Shown here: positions 10,018 to 18,811 of the stretch, piece after piece | Position numbering within the stretch: the stretch's first letter is position 1 | How the letters are laid out: the number at the start of each line of letters is the position of its first letter | Source of the DNA: an uncultured Planctomycetia bacterium | GTDB lineage: Bacteria > Planctomycetota > UBA8108 > UBA1146 | DNA: 64,000 bases | Assembly (NCBI GenBank): GCA_964422295.1 | Contig: CAYRAM010000015.1 | Span: 3,272-67,271, forward strand | Direction of reading: 5' to 3' | Notes under the pieces: generated by a model | The model's database searches: none | What the model was told of the DNA's origin: nothing | What the model saw: the letters and a program-made list of their open reading frames with translations, nothing else | Translations under genes and position numbers: made by a program

Positions 10018-10639
10018 AATCAAATCTGCGCCTTCGGATCAGCTGATTGCCGAGTTGCAAAGAGAGGCTCAGGAGATTCTCGATGAAGTCTGTGAGAGGT
10101 TTCCCCACTACCGGGATGGTCTCCAAGAAACGACGATTCGCCTCAGTGGCCGTCTGACGAGCAGCGCAGGAAACGCATGTCCCAAGCGCAAACAGATCGG
10201 GCTCAGTGTTCCGATCTTCAGTCTCAAGGAGAACCGGGGTGAGTATCGCAACACGGTGCTCCATGAGTTGGCGCACGTCATCGCCGGTCCATCGGTGCGT
10301 TCCCATGGTGAGGAGTGGCGCAATATCTTTCTCGAATTGGGGGGCAACGGTAAGCGAACCCATCAGATGCGTGCACGCGGTCGTCACCATCGACATACGG
10401 TCGGTTGTGAGAAGTGCGGCGAAGGCATCGAAGTGAGTACACGGATGAGAAACTCTATCGCCAAAGGGCGCAGAGATTATCTTCATATCGGCTGTGGGGG
10501 GATTCTCAATTGTCCAGAAGAGTCTACTTCAGAGAAGCTGAAGAGCAGCACCACCAGCGAAACCGCCGTTGGTTGGGTCAGAGAAGTGTCGAAGAAGTTG
10601 CAACAGGGAACACTATTTCGATTCTTCGGGAAACAATGA
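10001..10639 (+). CDS. SprT-like zinc metalloprotease with C-terminal Zn-ribbon
   Basis: RLTSSAGNA, TVLHELAHV, SHGEEWR, CEKC...H..C. Start ATG 10001 or GTG 10010, overlapping the upstream gene. Confidence 0.85.
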   Translation: MKIVAEIKSAPSDQLIAELQREAQEILDEVCERFPHYRDGLQETTIRLSGRLTSSAGNACPKRKQIGLSVPIFSLKENRGEYRNTVLHELAHVIAGPSVRSHGEEWRNIFLELGGNGKRTHQMRARGRHHRHTVGCEKCGEGIEVSTRMRNSIAKGRRDYLHIGCGGILNCPEESTSEKLKSSTTSETAVGWVREVSKKLQQGTLFRFFGKQ

Positions 10640-10796
10640 TCCCTCGCCAAATTTAGAAGATGAAACGTGGTACAACTTGACTCAATTCCGTCTAACATTT
10701 GTAATATCTGGCAAGCCGAATGTGGATTCGTGCCTCAAACTCTGAGATTGTGAGCATGAATCCAGTGCACGAGGCACTCTGGGTTACGGTGTACCT

Positions 10797-10834
10797 TGGG
10801 GGTCTGTGAGATTTTTGGGGGTCTGTGAGATTTT
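10797..10834. repeat. Perfect 19-bp tandem direct repeat
   Basis: TGGGGGTCTGTGAGATTTT at 10797-10815 and 10816-10834, ending 46 bp upstream of the gmd ATG. Confidence 0.9.
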
Positions 10835-10880
10835 CCACGATGGGGAGAACCCAAAAACATTCAGAATTGATTTCCAATCG

Positions 10881-11882
10881 ATGAAAATCGCATTAATCAC
10901 AGGCATCACAGGGCAAGACGGCTCATACCTGGCTGAACTTCTTCTCGAAAAAGGGTATACAGTCCACGGAATCGTGCGACGGTCATCTCTGATCAATACG
11001 CACAGAATCGATCACATATACGAGAAATTGAATCTTCACTACGGTGATCTGACGGATTCAACCAATTTGGTGAGGGTCATCCAGCAGGTGCAACCCGATG
11101 AGATCTATAATCTGGGTGCTCAAAGCCATGTAAAAGTATCTTTTGAGATGCCTGAATATACTGGGCAGACGGATGCCATTGGCACCCTTCGCATTCTTGA
11201 AGCTGTTCGCTTGTTGGGAATTGAAGAAAAGGTCCGAATCTACCAGGCATCAACCAGTGAGTTGTTTGGACTGGTTCAAGAAGTCCCCCAGAGTGAATCT
11301 ACTCCTTTCTATCCACGTTCACCTTATGGTGTTGCAAAGATGTATGGGTACTGGATCGTGAAGAATTACCGTGAGGCATACGGGATGTTTGCGTGCAGCG
11401 GCATACTATTCAATCATGAGTCACCTCGCCGTGGAGAAACATTTGTGACCCGGAAAATTGCCAGGGGTCTCTCTCGCATCTCAGCAGGCACCGAAGATTG
11501 CCTGTACCTTGGTAACCTCAGCGCAAAACGGGACTGGGGGCATGCAAAAGATTACGTTGAGGCAATGTGGTTGATGCTTCAGCAAAGTGAGCCGGAAGAT
11601 TTTGTGATTGCCACTGGTAGGCAGTATTCCGTACGTGAGTTTGTCAATGAAGCGGCTCCTTACTTTGGCATGGAGATCGAATGGAAAGGTGAGGGGCTGA
11701 ATGAAGTGGGATTCGATCTGAAATCCCAAAAAGAAGTCATCAAGGTGAATCCGAGATACTTCAGGCCCACGGAAGTGGATTCTCTTTTGGGAGATGCCTC
11801 AAAGGCAAAAGATAAATTAGGCTGGGAGCCCAAGATTTCTTTCAAGTCTTTGGTTGAGGATATGTGCACCAATGAACAGTGA
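10881..11882 (+). CDS. gmd: GDP-mannose 4,6-dehydratase
   Basis: [70 protein letters not shown]. Start ATG 10881. Confidence 0.98.
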   Translation: MKIALITGITGQDGSYLAELLLEKGYTVHGIVRRSSLINTHRIDHIYEKLNLHYGDLTDSTNLVRVIQQVQPDEIYNLGAQSHVKVSFEMPEYTGQTDAIGTLRILEAVRLLGIEEKVRIYQASTSELFGLVQEVPQSESTPFYPRSPYGVAKMYGYWIVKNYREAYGMFACSGILFNHESPRRGETFVTRKIARGLSRISAGTEDCLYLGNLSAKRDWGHAKDYVEAMWLMLQQSEPEDFVIATGRQYSVREFVNEAAPYFGMEIEWKGEGLNEVGFDLKSQKEVIKVNPRYFRPTEVDSLLGDASKAKDKLGWEPKISFKSLVEDMCTNEQ

Positions 11883-12828
11883 AAGCCGTGTTTACGTTGC
11901 TGGTCACACAGGGTTGGTCGGGTCAGCCCTTGTTCGAATGCTTCAACGTAATGACCATTCAGATGTTGTCACTTCACCATCAAGCGAATGGGATTTGAGG
12001 CGGCAAGAAGAAGTTGAGAAGTTTTTTGGTTTATATCAACCTGAGTATGTCTTGCTTGCTGCAGCAAAAGTTGGAGGCATTGGGGCGAACAATTCGTTTC
12101 CCGGACAGTTCATCTACGACAATTTGATGATCCAGTCGAACATCATTCATGCTGCGCATAAGTCTGGGTGCAAGAAACTGTTGTTTCTTGGATCTTCCTG
12201 CATTTATCCAAAGTTGTGTGATCAGCCGATCAAGGAAGAATACTTGATGACCGGTTCCTTGGAGCCGACAAATGATGCGTATGCCATCGCAAAGATTGCA
12301 GGTATCAAAATGTGTCAGGCGTATCGCACTCAGTATGGGTTTAATGCGATATCGCTGATGCCGACAAATTTGTACGGGCCGAATGACAACTTTGATCTTG
12401 ATACTTCACACGTGTTGCCAGCATTGATTCGAAAATTGGATAATGGGAAGCAGTCTAATGAAACGGGGCAGGATGGTACTGACCACTCTCCCGTGACGCT
12501 TTGGGGGGACGGGACTCCCAGGCGTGAGTTTCTTCACGTCGATGATCTTGCCGATGCATGCCTTGCATGCCTGCTGGATTATGATGAGCCTGAGCCCATC
12601 AATATTGGCACTGGCGAGGATATTCAAATTTCTGATTTGGCAGAACTTATTGCTGAGGTGGTTGGTTTTAATGGTGGGTTCGAATGGGATACATCCAAAC
12701 CAAATGGAACGCCCAGAAAAGTTCTCAGTGTCGACAAGATAAAATCGCTTGGTTGGGCACCAAAGATCGACTTGAAATCCGGAATCGAATCGACTTACGA
12801 ATGGTACAAGACAAATGCTTGCGAATGA
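11872..12828 (+). CDS. fcl: GDP-L-fucose synthase
   Basis: [69 protein letters not shown]. Overlaps the gmd end. Confidence 0.97.
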   Translation: MNSESRVYVAGHTGLVGSALVRMLQRNDHSDVVTSPSSEWDLRRQEEVEKFFGLYQPEYVLLAAAKVGGIGANNSFPGQFIYDNLMIQSNIIHAAHKSGCKKLLFLGSSCIYPKLCDQPIKEEYLMTGSLEPTNDAYAIAKIAGIKMCQAYRTQYGFNAISLMPTNLYGPNDNFDLDTSHVLPALIRKLDNGKQSNETGQDGTDHSPVTLWGDGTPRREFLHVDDLADACLACLLDYDEPEPINIGTGEDIQISDLAELIAEVVGFNGGFEWDTSKPNGTPRKVLSVDKIKSLGWAPKIDLKSGIESTYEWYKTNACE

Positions 12829-13708
12829 TGATCTGGGAAATCATGGCAGGCTTGGAAACCAGATGTTTCAGTATGCCGCACTACGAGGACTCGCCCATAG
12901 GCATGGATATGAATATTGCCTGCCTCCCCGTGAAGTGGTCGCCACTAAGGACGAAAAGTGCCTGAAATCAGACGTAACACTGTTCGAGTGTTTCGATATT
13001 CCGGAAGCACCTAGGATGTTGACCAATTTTGACAAAGTTGAGGAAAGAAGATTTGAGCTGGACCGAAGTCTTTGGGATAGTTGCCCAGACAACATCAGCC
13101 TCTTGGGGTATTTTCAAACTGAAAAATATTTCAAGCACATCGAAGGAGAGATTCGCGAAGCATTTTGCTTTGTTGAAGGAATCAAAGCTGTTTCAGAGAG
13201 TCAATTTGGATCCAGATTCGGTACAGAAGAAGCTGTCTCTGTACATGTTCGAAGAGGTGATTATCTAAACCTGTCAAAGCACTTTCCTTCTCAAGCGAAG
13301 GAATATTATGTGGAAGGATTAGCTGAGCTTCCTGAGGATCTACCGGTATTAATTTTTTCCGATGGAATTGAGTGGTGTAAAGAACAGGAACATTTTCAAG
13401 GTGACAGGTTCTATTTTTCAGAAGGAAATGGGACTGCCGTCGATCTTTGTCTGCAATCTATGTGCTCGTATCACATCATCGCAAACTCGTCATTTTCCTG
13501 GTGGGGTTCCTGGCTGGCAAAAAGCAAAAAAACTATTGCTCCACGCCAATGGTTTGCTGGGAAAAAAGCCAAAAGGGAGATGAGTGATCTTTATTTACCT
13601 GATTGGGTGGTCATCGGAAAAAAGCAATCATATACACCCTCGGTGCTACGACCGATTGAAGGAGTTCTTCAGAAAATTAGCGGATTCCTGAAAATGGATG
13701 ACTGCTGA
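12815..13708 (+). CDS. Alpha-1,2-fucosyltransferase (GT11)
   Basis: GT11 motifs GRLGNQMFQYA, GYFQTEKYF, HVRRGDY, FSD, HIIANSSFSWWGSWL; overlaps the fcl end. Confidence 0.93.
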   Translation: MLANDDLGNHGRLGNQMFQYAALRGLAHRHGYEYCLPPREVVATKDEKCLKSDVTLFECFDIPEAPRMLTNFDKVEERRFELDRSLWDSCPDNISLLGYFQTEKYFKHIEGEIREAFCFVEGIKAVSESQFGSRFGTEEAVSVHVRRGDYLNLSKHFPSQAKEYYVEGLAELPEDLPVLIFSDGIEWCKEQEHFQGDRFYFSEGNGTAVDLCLQSMCSYHIIANSSFSWWGSWLAKSKKTIAPRQWFAGKKAKREMSDLYLPDWVVIGKKQSYTPSVLRPIEGVLQKISGFLKMDDC

Positions 13709-13801
13709 TGAATTGCGATCCGGAAAGTTAGCCAAGTTCACAGATTCGCTCAATCCAGCGATAAAATTGTTTCAACAACCCTTTAGATTCTCTAGGTGTC
13801 A

Positions 13802-14515
13802 CTAAAAGGGAAGATCGTCATCGTCGCCGGAGTCATCCGGTTTCTTTTTTCTCGGCTTTGGAAGACGCTTGGAAAAATCGTGAGTCGCCGGGTACTTCTT
13901 CCAGCGCTGGGCCATAGAGATCACTTCGACCGCATCCAAAGTCTTGTTTTTGCGATCCGATTCGTCGAGGTATCCGCCGAGAAAGATTTTCATGCGTTTC
14001 TTCAGTTTTGAACTGTTGACCCGCTGGATCCGCAGGATTTCGGTTCCCAGGGAAGTACCGAGGCGATAGTCCTGAATCGCCCTGTTGCGCCCACTTTCGA
14101 CCTGCTTCAGCGATCCATTGACCCAAACCAATCCCTGTTCCAGCAGATTTTCGGGGATCCTGGGGGGGTTGAGGGAACCGGTAACGATGGCGTGGATCTG
14201 TACCAGCATCGGTGGGTAGCGAGCCCCTCCAGAGCCGAGTTGTTCCGCCTGTTTCTTGGCGAGGACATGAACCGTCGATCCAGACTCTACATCTTTCAAG
14301 GAAATGATGTCGTGCACCTCGATGATCGTGTCATTGGTTAGGGTCACCTTCAGGGTCCCCTTTTTACTTTTGACCTCGATCAGTTGGCGGCCATCTTCCG
14401 CTTTTTCAATCTTTTGAATGGTGACGAGTCCCGCAAAGGGCTTTTCCTCAGCGAGAAGCACTCCAGTACATGAGTAAACCAAAAGCGAGAGAGTGAGACT
14501 TATCTTGAGGTTCAT
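13802..14515 (-). CDS. Hypothetical secreted protein (possible DUF5666-like beta/OB repeats)
   Basis: N-terminal signal peptide; two beta-rich segments (TLKVTLTNDTIIEV; KIFLGG...TLDAVEVI); acidic tail. Confidence 0.55.
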   Translation of the reverse strand: MNLKISLTLSLLVYSCTGVLLAEEKPFAGLVTIQKIEKAEDGRQLIEVKSKKGTLKVTLTNDTIIEVHDIISLKDVESGSTVHVLAKKQAEQLGSGGARYPPMLVQIHAIVTGSLNPPRIPENLLEQGLVWVNGSLKQVESGRNRAIQDYRLGTSLGTEILRIQRVNSSKLKKRMKIFLGGYLDESDRKNKTLDAVEVISMAQRWKKYPATHDFSKRLPKPRKKKPDDSGDDDDLPF

Positions 14516-16227
14516 TAGAAGAGCCCCTGGGGCAGGCCCTGGTCATCGAGATCGATGTTGAGCAGGGCAGGCTTCGATCCGAGTCCCGGCATCGTCATGA
14601 TGTCACCGGTGAGGGCGTAGAGGAAACCGGCTCCGGCGGAGAGGCGAACATCCCTGACCGTCATGCGGAAGTTCTCCGGAGCACCGATCTTCTTTGGATC
14701 GTCGCTGAAGGAGTATTGGGTCTTGGCCATGCACACGGGCAAATGGCCGAGGCCCAATTTTTCGTATTTTTTTATCGCCTTGCGGGCTGCGGGTTTGTAA
14801 TCAACTCCGTCCGCCCTGTAGATCTCCCGGCACACGGTATTGATCTTTTCCTTGATGGGGATGTCATCGGGATAAAGAGTCGAAAAGTTTGCGGGGACCT
14901 CCTCGCAAGCGCGGACGACAGCTTCTGCAAGTTCAGCGCCTCCTTCGCCACCACGGGAGTGGACATCGGAGACGACCGCATCGAATGCCCCACAGTTTCG
15001 GGCCATCTCGATGACGGCAGCGACTTCGGCATCCGAATCGGTCGGGAAGCGGTTGAGGGCCACGATCACGGGTACCCCGAACTTGCCGACATTTTCGATG
15101 TGTCTGCGCAGATTGCCGATCCCCTCCTCGACGGCAGAAACATCCTCTTGCAGCATCCCCTCCGGAAGAGGTTTGCCGGGGATGACCCTGTAGCGCCCGC
15201 TGTGAACCTTCAGTGCGCGGATCGTCGCCACCACGACGGCGGCATCCGGCTTCAGGCCACTGACCCGGCATTTGATGTTGAAGAACTTCTCAGCACCCAT
15301 GTCGGCCCCAAAGCCACTCTCGGTGACGACGTAGTCACACAGTTTAAGGGCGACACGATCTGCGACGATGGATGAGTTGCCGTGGGCAATGTTGGCGAAG
15401 GGGCCTGTGTGAACAAAGCAGCCGGTCCCCTCCAGCGTCTGCATGAACGTCGGATGGATGGCGTCCTTGAGGACCACCGCCATCGCCCCCGCTGCTCCAA
15501 GATCCTCCGCCGTGACCGGTTCTCCGGAAGTATTGTTGGCGACGATGATTCTGCCGAGGCGTCCCCTCAAATCCGCGGCATCTTTTGACAGGCCGAGGAT
15601 CGCCATCACCTCACTGGCACTGGAGATATCGAAACCTGTTTCCCGGGGGACACCATTCTTTGAACCACCCAGTCCGGTAATCACTTGGCGCAGGGTGCGA
15701 TCGTTAACGTCGAGACATCGGCGCCATGTCACCGTAGCAGGGTCGATGTCACAGGGATTCCCCATCAGGATCGAGGTGTCGACCCACGCAGCGAGCAGAT
15801 TGTTGGCCAAGCCGACCGCATGGGTATCTCCGGTCAAGTGCAGGTTGAAGTCTTCCATGGGGATCACTTGGCTGTGACCGCCGCCGGCTGCTCCACCCTT
15901 GATGCCGAAGACGGGTCCCATCGATGGCTGCCGAATCGTCGATACCGCACTTTTGCCGATGTGATTGAGACCGAGTCCAAGACCGATAGTCGTCACCGTC
16001 TTGCCCTCTCCCAGGGGAGTAGGGTTGATGGCGGTGACATCGATGTACTTGCCATCGGGACGGTCGGCGAGCCGGTCGAGGATCGACAGCGGTACCTTGG
16101 CGATAAAGCGGCCATGGGGAGTCAGCTCCGATTCCTCAATGCCATACTGCGCCGCAATTTCCCGGATATCCTTCAATGGGACAGAGCGGGCGATGTCGAG
16201 ATCAGAGGAGAGTGATTTTTCAGCCAC
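14515..16227 (-). CDS. fhs: Formate--tetrahydrofolate ligase
   Basis: INPTPLGEGKTVTTIGL, GIKGGAAGGG, GPFANIAHG, VTESGFGADMGAEKF, MAKTQYSFSD, IMTMPGL. GTG start 16227 with AAGGAG RBS. Confidence 0.97.
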   Translation of the reverse strand: MAEKSLSSDLDIARSVPLKDIREIAAQYGIEESELTPHGRFIAKVPLSILDRLADRPDGKYIDVTAINPTPLGEGKTVTTIGLGLGLNHIGKSAVSTIRQPSMGPVFGIKGGAAGGGHSQVIPMEDFNLHLTGDTHAVGLANNLLAAWVDTSILMGNPCDIDPATVTWRRCLDVNDRTLRQVITGLGGSKNGVPRETGFDISSASEVMAILGLSKDAADLRGRLGRIIVANNTSGEPVTAEDLGAAGAMAVVLKDAIHPTFMQTLEGTGCFVHTGPFANIAHGNSSIVADRVALKLCDYVVTESGFGADMGAEKFFNIKCRVSGLKPDAAVVVATIRALKVHSGRYRVIPGKPLPEGMLQEDVSAVEEGIGNLRRHIENVGKFGVPVIVALNRFPTDSDAEVAAVIEMARNCGAFDAVVSDVHSRGGEGGAELAEAVVRACEEVPANFSTLYPDDIPIKEKINTVCREIYRADGVDYKPAARKAIKKYEKLGLGHLPVCMAKTQYSFSDDPKKIGAPENFRMTVRDVRLSAGAGFLYALTGDIMTMPGLGSKPALLNIDLDDQGLPQGLF

Positions 16228-16330
16228 GGGATGCTCCTTTTGGGAAAAGTTCAACATGTGAAAGTAGCCGAGAGGACCTTCTGGATCAACTTTTGACACC
16301 TGAGGCCCCATCGGGGCACTTTTCGCAGGG

Positions 16331-17302
16331 TCAGCGGCTGCGGATCAGGATTTTCCGGTCGATGCCCAAATCGTCGCGGATCTGATCAACCTCCGAGATA
16401 AAGCGTCGTGCGTCCTGGGGATAGCCGGCGGTCGGTTTCAGCTCGGGAAGGTGCCGGGACCACCATCGATTGAGCAAAACCATGTGAAGCTCTCGCAGAT
16501 ACTTGGCAGTCATCGAAGCGAGTGCGGTACAAAAGCTGTGGTCTTCACACTCTTTGCGGAAGTGGACATCGAGAGATTTTCCAGCGGGATTGCTTGCCCG
16601 ATAGGACTGGGCTTCCCTGTTCTGTTCGAGGATTTTGAATTGGCACCCCGGGAAGAGTGGGAGCAACAAGGGGCCGTATCTCTCTCGTCCCCCCAGGCGA
16701 TCGGTCCAGACTTCGATGCTGAGTCGATCCTCGATCATCCATAACCAGTGGAGAAAGCGTCCCATCGCCCAAGCATCGACGGCACCCTTGCTGCCTCGTG
16801 AGTCGACCTCCGAATTGAATTCCAGAACTTCCAAAGGGATTGCCCTGATCTCTCCCATCTCCAGCCCGGCTGCTTCGAGACCACGCTCCAATTTGCGACA
16901 CTTGCCCGCCAATTCGATAGGCTCCGCAGAGAAGGGGAGAGGAAGATCTTGATCCTGGTACCAAGGATATTGGTCCAGATAGTTGGAACGACCTGCAGTC
17001 AGGTGGTGAACCAATTCGCGAAAGGTCTCTGGTTTTTCACCTCGATCGATGGTTGCAAACGCAAGCACTGCTTCCTCAAGACGTGTCAGATCTCCCTTTC
17101 CGGGGCGGTGGAGTTTCTTTGAATCGGCGACGGAGACAATTCCTTTTTCGCGACGACCCGCGCGTCCCAAGTTGGCGACACGATCCCATGGTGCGCTGGC
17201 CGGGGTTCCCTTTTCAGCTTTGAGTGAAACAAATCCAATCACCATCGGCCCGAGCCAAGGCCCGTATCCCGCTTCATCCAGGCCAGCGATCCAGTGATTC
17301 AT
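16331..17302 (-). CDS. Ribonuclease HII-like protein
   Basis: GLDEAGYGP..GP, ADSKKL, DRLGGRERY, ALASMTAKYLRE, GYPQDA; RNase H2 acidic motif pattern with insertions. ATG 17302. Confidence 0.75.
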   Translation of the reverse strand: MNHWIAGLDEAGYGPWLGPMVIGFVSLKAEKGTPASAPWDRVANLGRAGRREKGIVSVADSKKLHRPGKGDLTRLEEAVLAFATIDRGEKPETFRELVHHLTAGRSNYLDQYPWYQDQDLPLPFSAEPIELAGKCRKLERGLEAAGLEMGEIRAIPLEVLEFNSEVDSRGSKGAVDAWAMGRFLHWLWMIEDRLSIEVWTDRLGGRERYGPLLLPLFPGCQFKILEQNREAQSYRASNPAGKSLDVHFRKECEDHSFCTALASMTAKYLRELHMVLLNRWWSRHLPELKPTAGYPQDARRFISEVDQIRDDLGIDRKILIRSR

Positions 17303-17877
17303 ACCTTCTCTCCCGTCGATCCGGAGCCTTGGACCCAAGGGGGTGAATCACCGTGAGCGAGCCAATTGCGCCGCACTTCAGAGAGGATGATGCCGCAAGA
17401 GGTCGCCACATTGTGGGAGTGCTTCGCGCCAAACATTGGGATCTCCACGCTGCCGTCACAAAGAAAGAGTACCTGTTCATCGATCCCCACCACCTCATGA
17501 CCGAGAACGATGGCGAGGGGGTGGGGGTAATCAAGATCGTAGACACTGTGGGAGTCGATGGTCTGCTCCAGGGCGAGGACAGTGATCCCATCGTTTTGAA
17601 GGGTGCGTACGGCAACCGCAGGATCCTCCAAATGATGCCAAGTGATGGTTTCTTCTGCTCCGAGGGAGATTTTTGCGATCTCGGGTCGCGGTGGTGTGGG
17701 TGTGATCCCACAGAGATAGATCTCTTTGACTCCGAACCCATCCGCTGCCCTGAAGATGGCACCCACGTTGGTCAGGCTGCGGATGTTATCCAGGATGAGG
17801 ACCAGTTCGGGTCGCGGACGCTGGGCCCTGGAATCCGCATCTGCCCTGTGCTGGTCGATACGGCGTTTGCGGGTCAA
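17299..17877 (-). CDS. TrmH/SpoU family RNA methyltransferase
   Basis: LILDNIRSLTNVGAIFRAADGF, IVLGHEVVG, EIPMFGAKHSHNVA; TTG start. Confidence 0.92.
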   Translation of the reverse strand: MTRKRRIDQHRADADSRAQRPRPELVLILDNIRSLTNVGAIFRAADGFGVKEIYLCGITPTPPRPEIAKISLGAEETITWHHLEDPAVAVRTLQNDGITVLALEQTIDSHSVYDLDYPHPLAIVLGHEVVGIDEQVLFLCDGSVEIPMFGAKHSHNVATSCGIILSEVRRNWLAHGDSPPWVQGSGSTGEKV

Positions 17878-18114
17878 TCGACTCTCCCTTGCGACACTGA
17901 TTCAGTGAGTCCCCGGCAAGTCGGGCTTGAACGGGGACGAAACCATGGAGGCGATCAGATTAACCTGAGAAACCGGAACCATCGATCCCTGAAAAGGATT
18001 CTGGAGAGAGTTCCCCCTTCCGTTAGGATATGGGACATGTGTAATGAGCCTTATCAGTGAGGGAAAGTCAGCGCACAGCAATCGGGTCAATGTCCTTCGG
18101 AACAGGTACAACAG

Positions 18115-18780
18115 ATGTCAGATCAATTGTTGCTGAATCCTGCTGAACAGCGAGTTCTCGGTGTTTTAATCGAAAAGTCGCTGGCGACTCCCCAGTACTA
18201 TCCGCTGACTCTGAATCAGGTGGTGACCGCCTGTAATCAGAAATCAAACCGAGATCCGGTGGTCTCGATGATGGAGGATGAAGTGGAGGGGGTGTTGACC
18301 ACATTGGCGAACAGGGGTTTGGCGACACAGGTCTTTGCCTCAGGATCGAGGGCAGGGAAGTATCGCCAGGAACTGACTTCGATGCTCGAATTGGACGGGC
18401 AGTCGATGGCGGTTCTCGCCGAGTTTTTCCTGCGTGGTGCGCAAACCTTGGGTGAATTGCGAACGCGGGCCTCGCGGATGAAGGCGATTCCCGACATGAA
18501 TACGCTCAGGGGTGTACTCGATGGGATGGCACAGCGGAATCCACCCTTGGCGTGCCGTTTGACTCCTCCTGGGGTTCAACGCGGAGTTCGTTGGGGACAT
18601 CTGCTGCAAAATCCTGAAAACTTGGAATTTGAAGAGGCGTCCTCCTCTGAGTCTGCGAGTCCGGCGACTGCAACGACCCCTTCCCAGCCAGACAGAGGAT
18701 TCTCTGCACGACTGGAAGAGTTGGAAGCAAAGATTGCTCTTCTCGAAGATAAGATTCAATCCCTTGAAGATCGACGCTAA
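18115..18780 (+). CDS. YceH family protein (DUF480)
   Basis: RVLGVLIEKSLATPQYYPLTLNQVVTACNQKSNRDPV, LRGAQTLGELRTRASRM, C-terminal coiled coil. Confidence 0.93.
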   Translation: MSDQLLLNPAEQRVLGVLIEKSLATPQYYPLTLNQVVTACNQKSNRDPVVSMMEDEVEGVLTTLANRGLATQVFASGSRAGKYRQELTSMLELDGQSMAVLAEFFLRGAQTLGELRTRASRMKAIPDMNTLRGVLDGMAQRNPPLACRLTPPGVQRGVRWGHLLQNPENLEFEEASSSESASPATATTPSQPDRGFSARLEELEAKIALLEDKIQSLEDRR

Positions 18781-18811
18781 TCAGAAACGGCAGTCGAGAG
18801 ACGGGAGCACT

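Noticed and set aside
10640-13801. Prophage or integrative element around the fucose cassette
   Set aside because: No integrase, structural genes, tRNA target or matching flanking att repeats were seen; only the three-gene cassette is supported.
16228-16330. ZTP or THF riboswitch upstream of fhs
   Set aside because: Only a short GCCCC-GAT-GGGGC hairpin is present; the conserved riboswitch motifs are not recognisable.
17945-18020. TPP- or glycine-riboswitch-like words (CTGAGA, GAACC, CTGGAGAG)
   Set aside because: Spacing and order do not fit either consensus, the glycine-type words fall on opposite strands, and the downstream gene (yceH) is unrelated.
18056-18085. GAGGGAAAGTC resembling the RNase P RNA P4 motif
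   Set aside because: The region is too short and lacks the rest of the RNase P structure.
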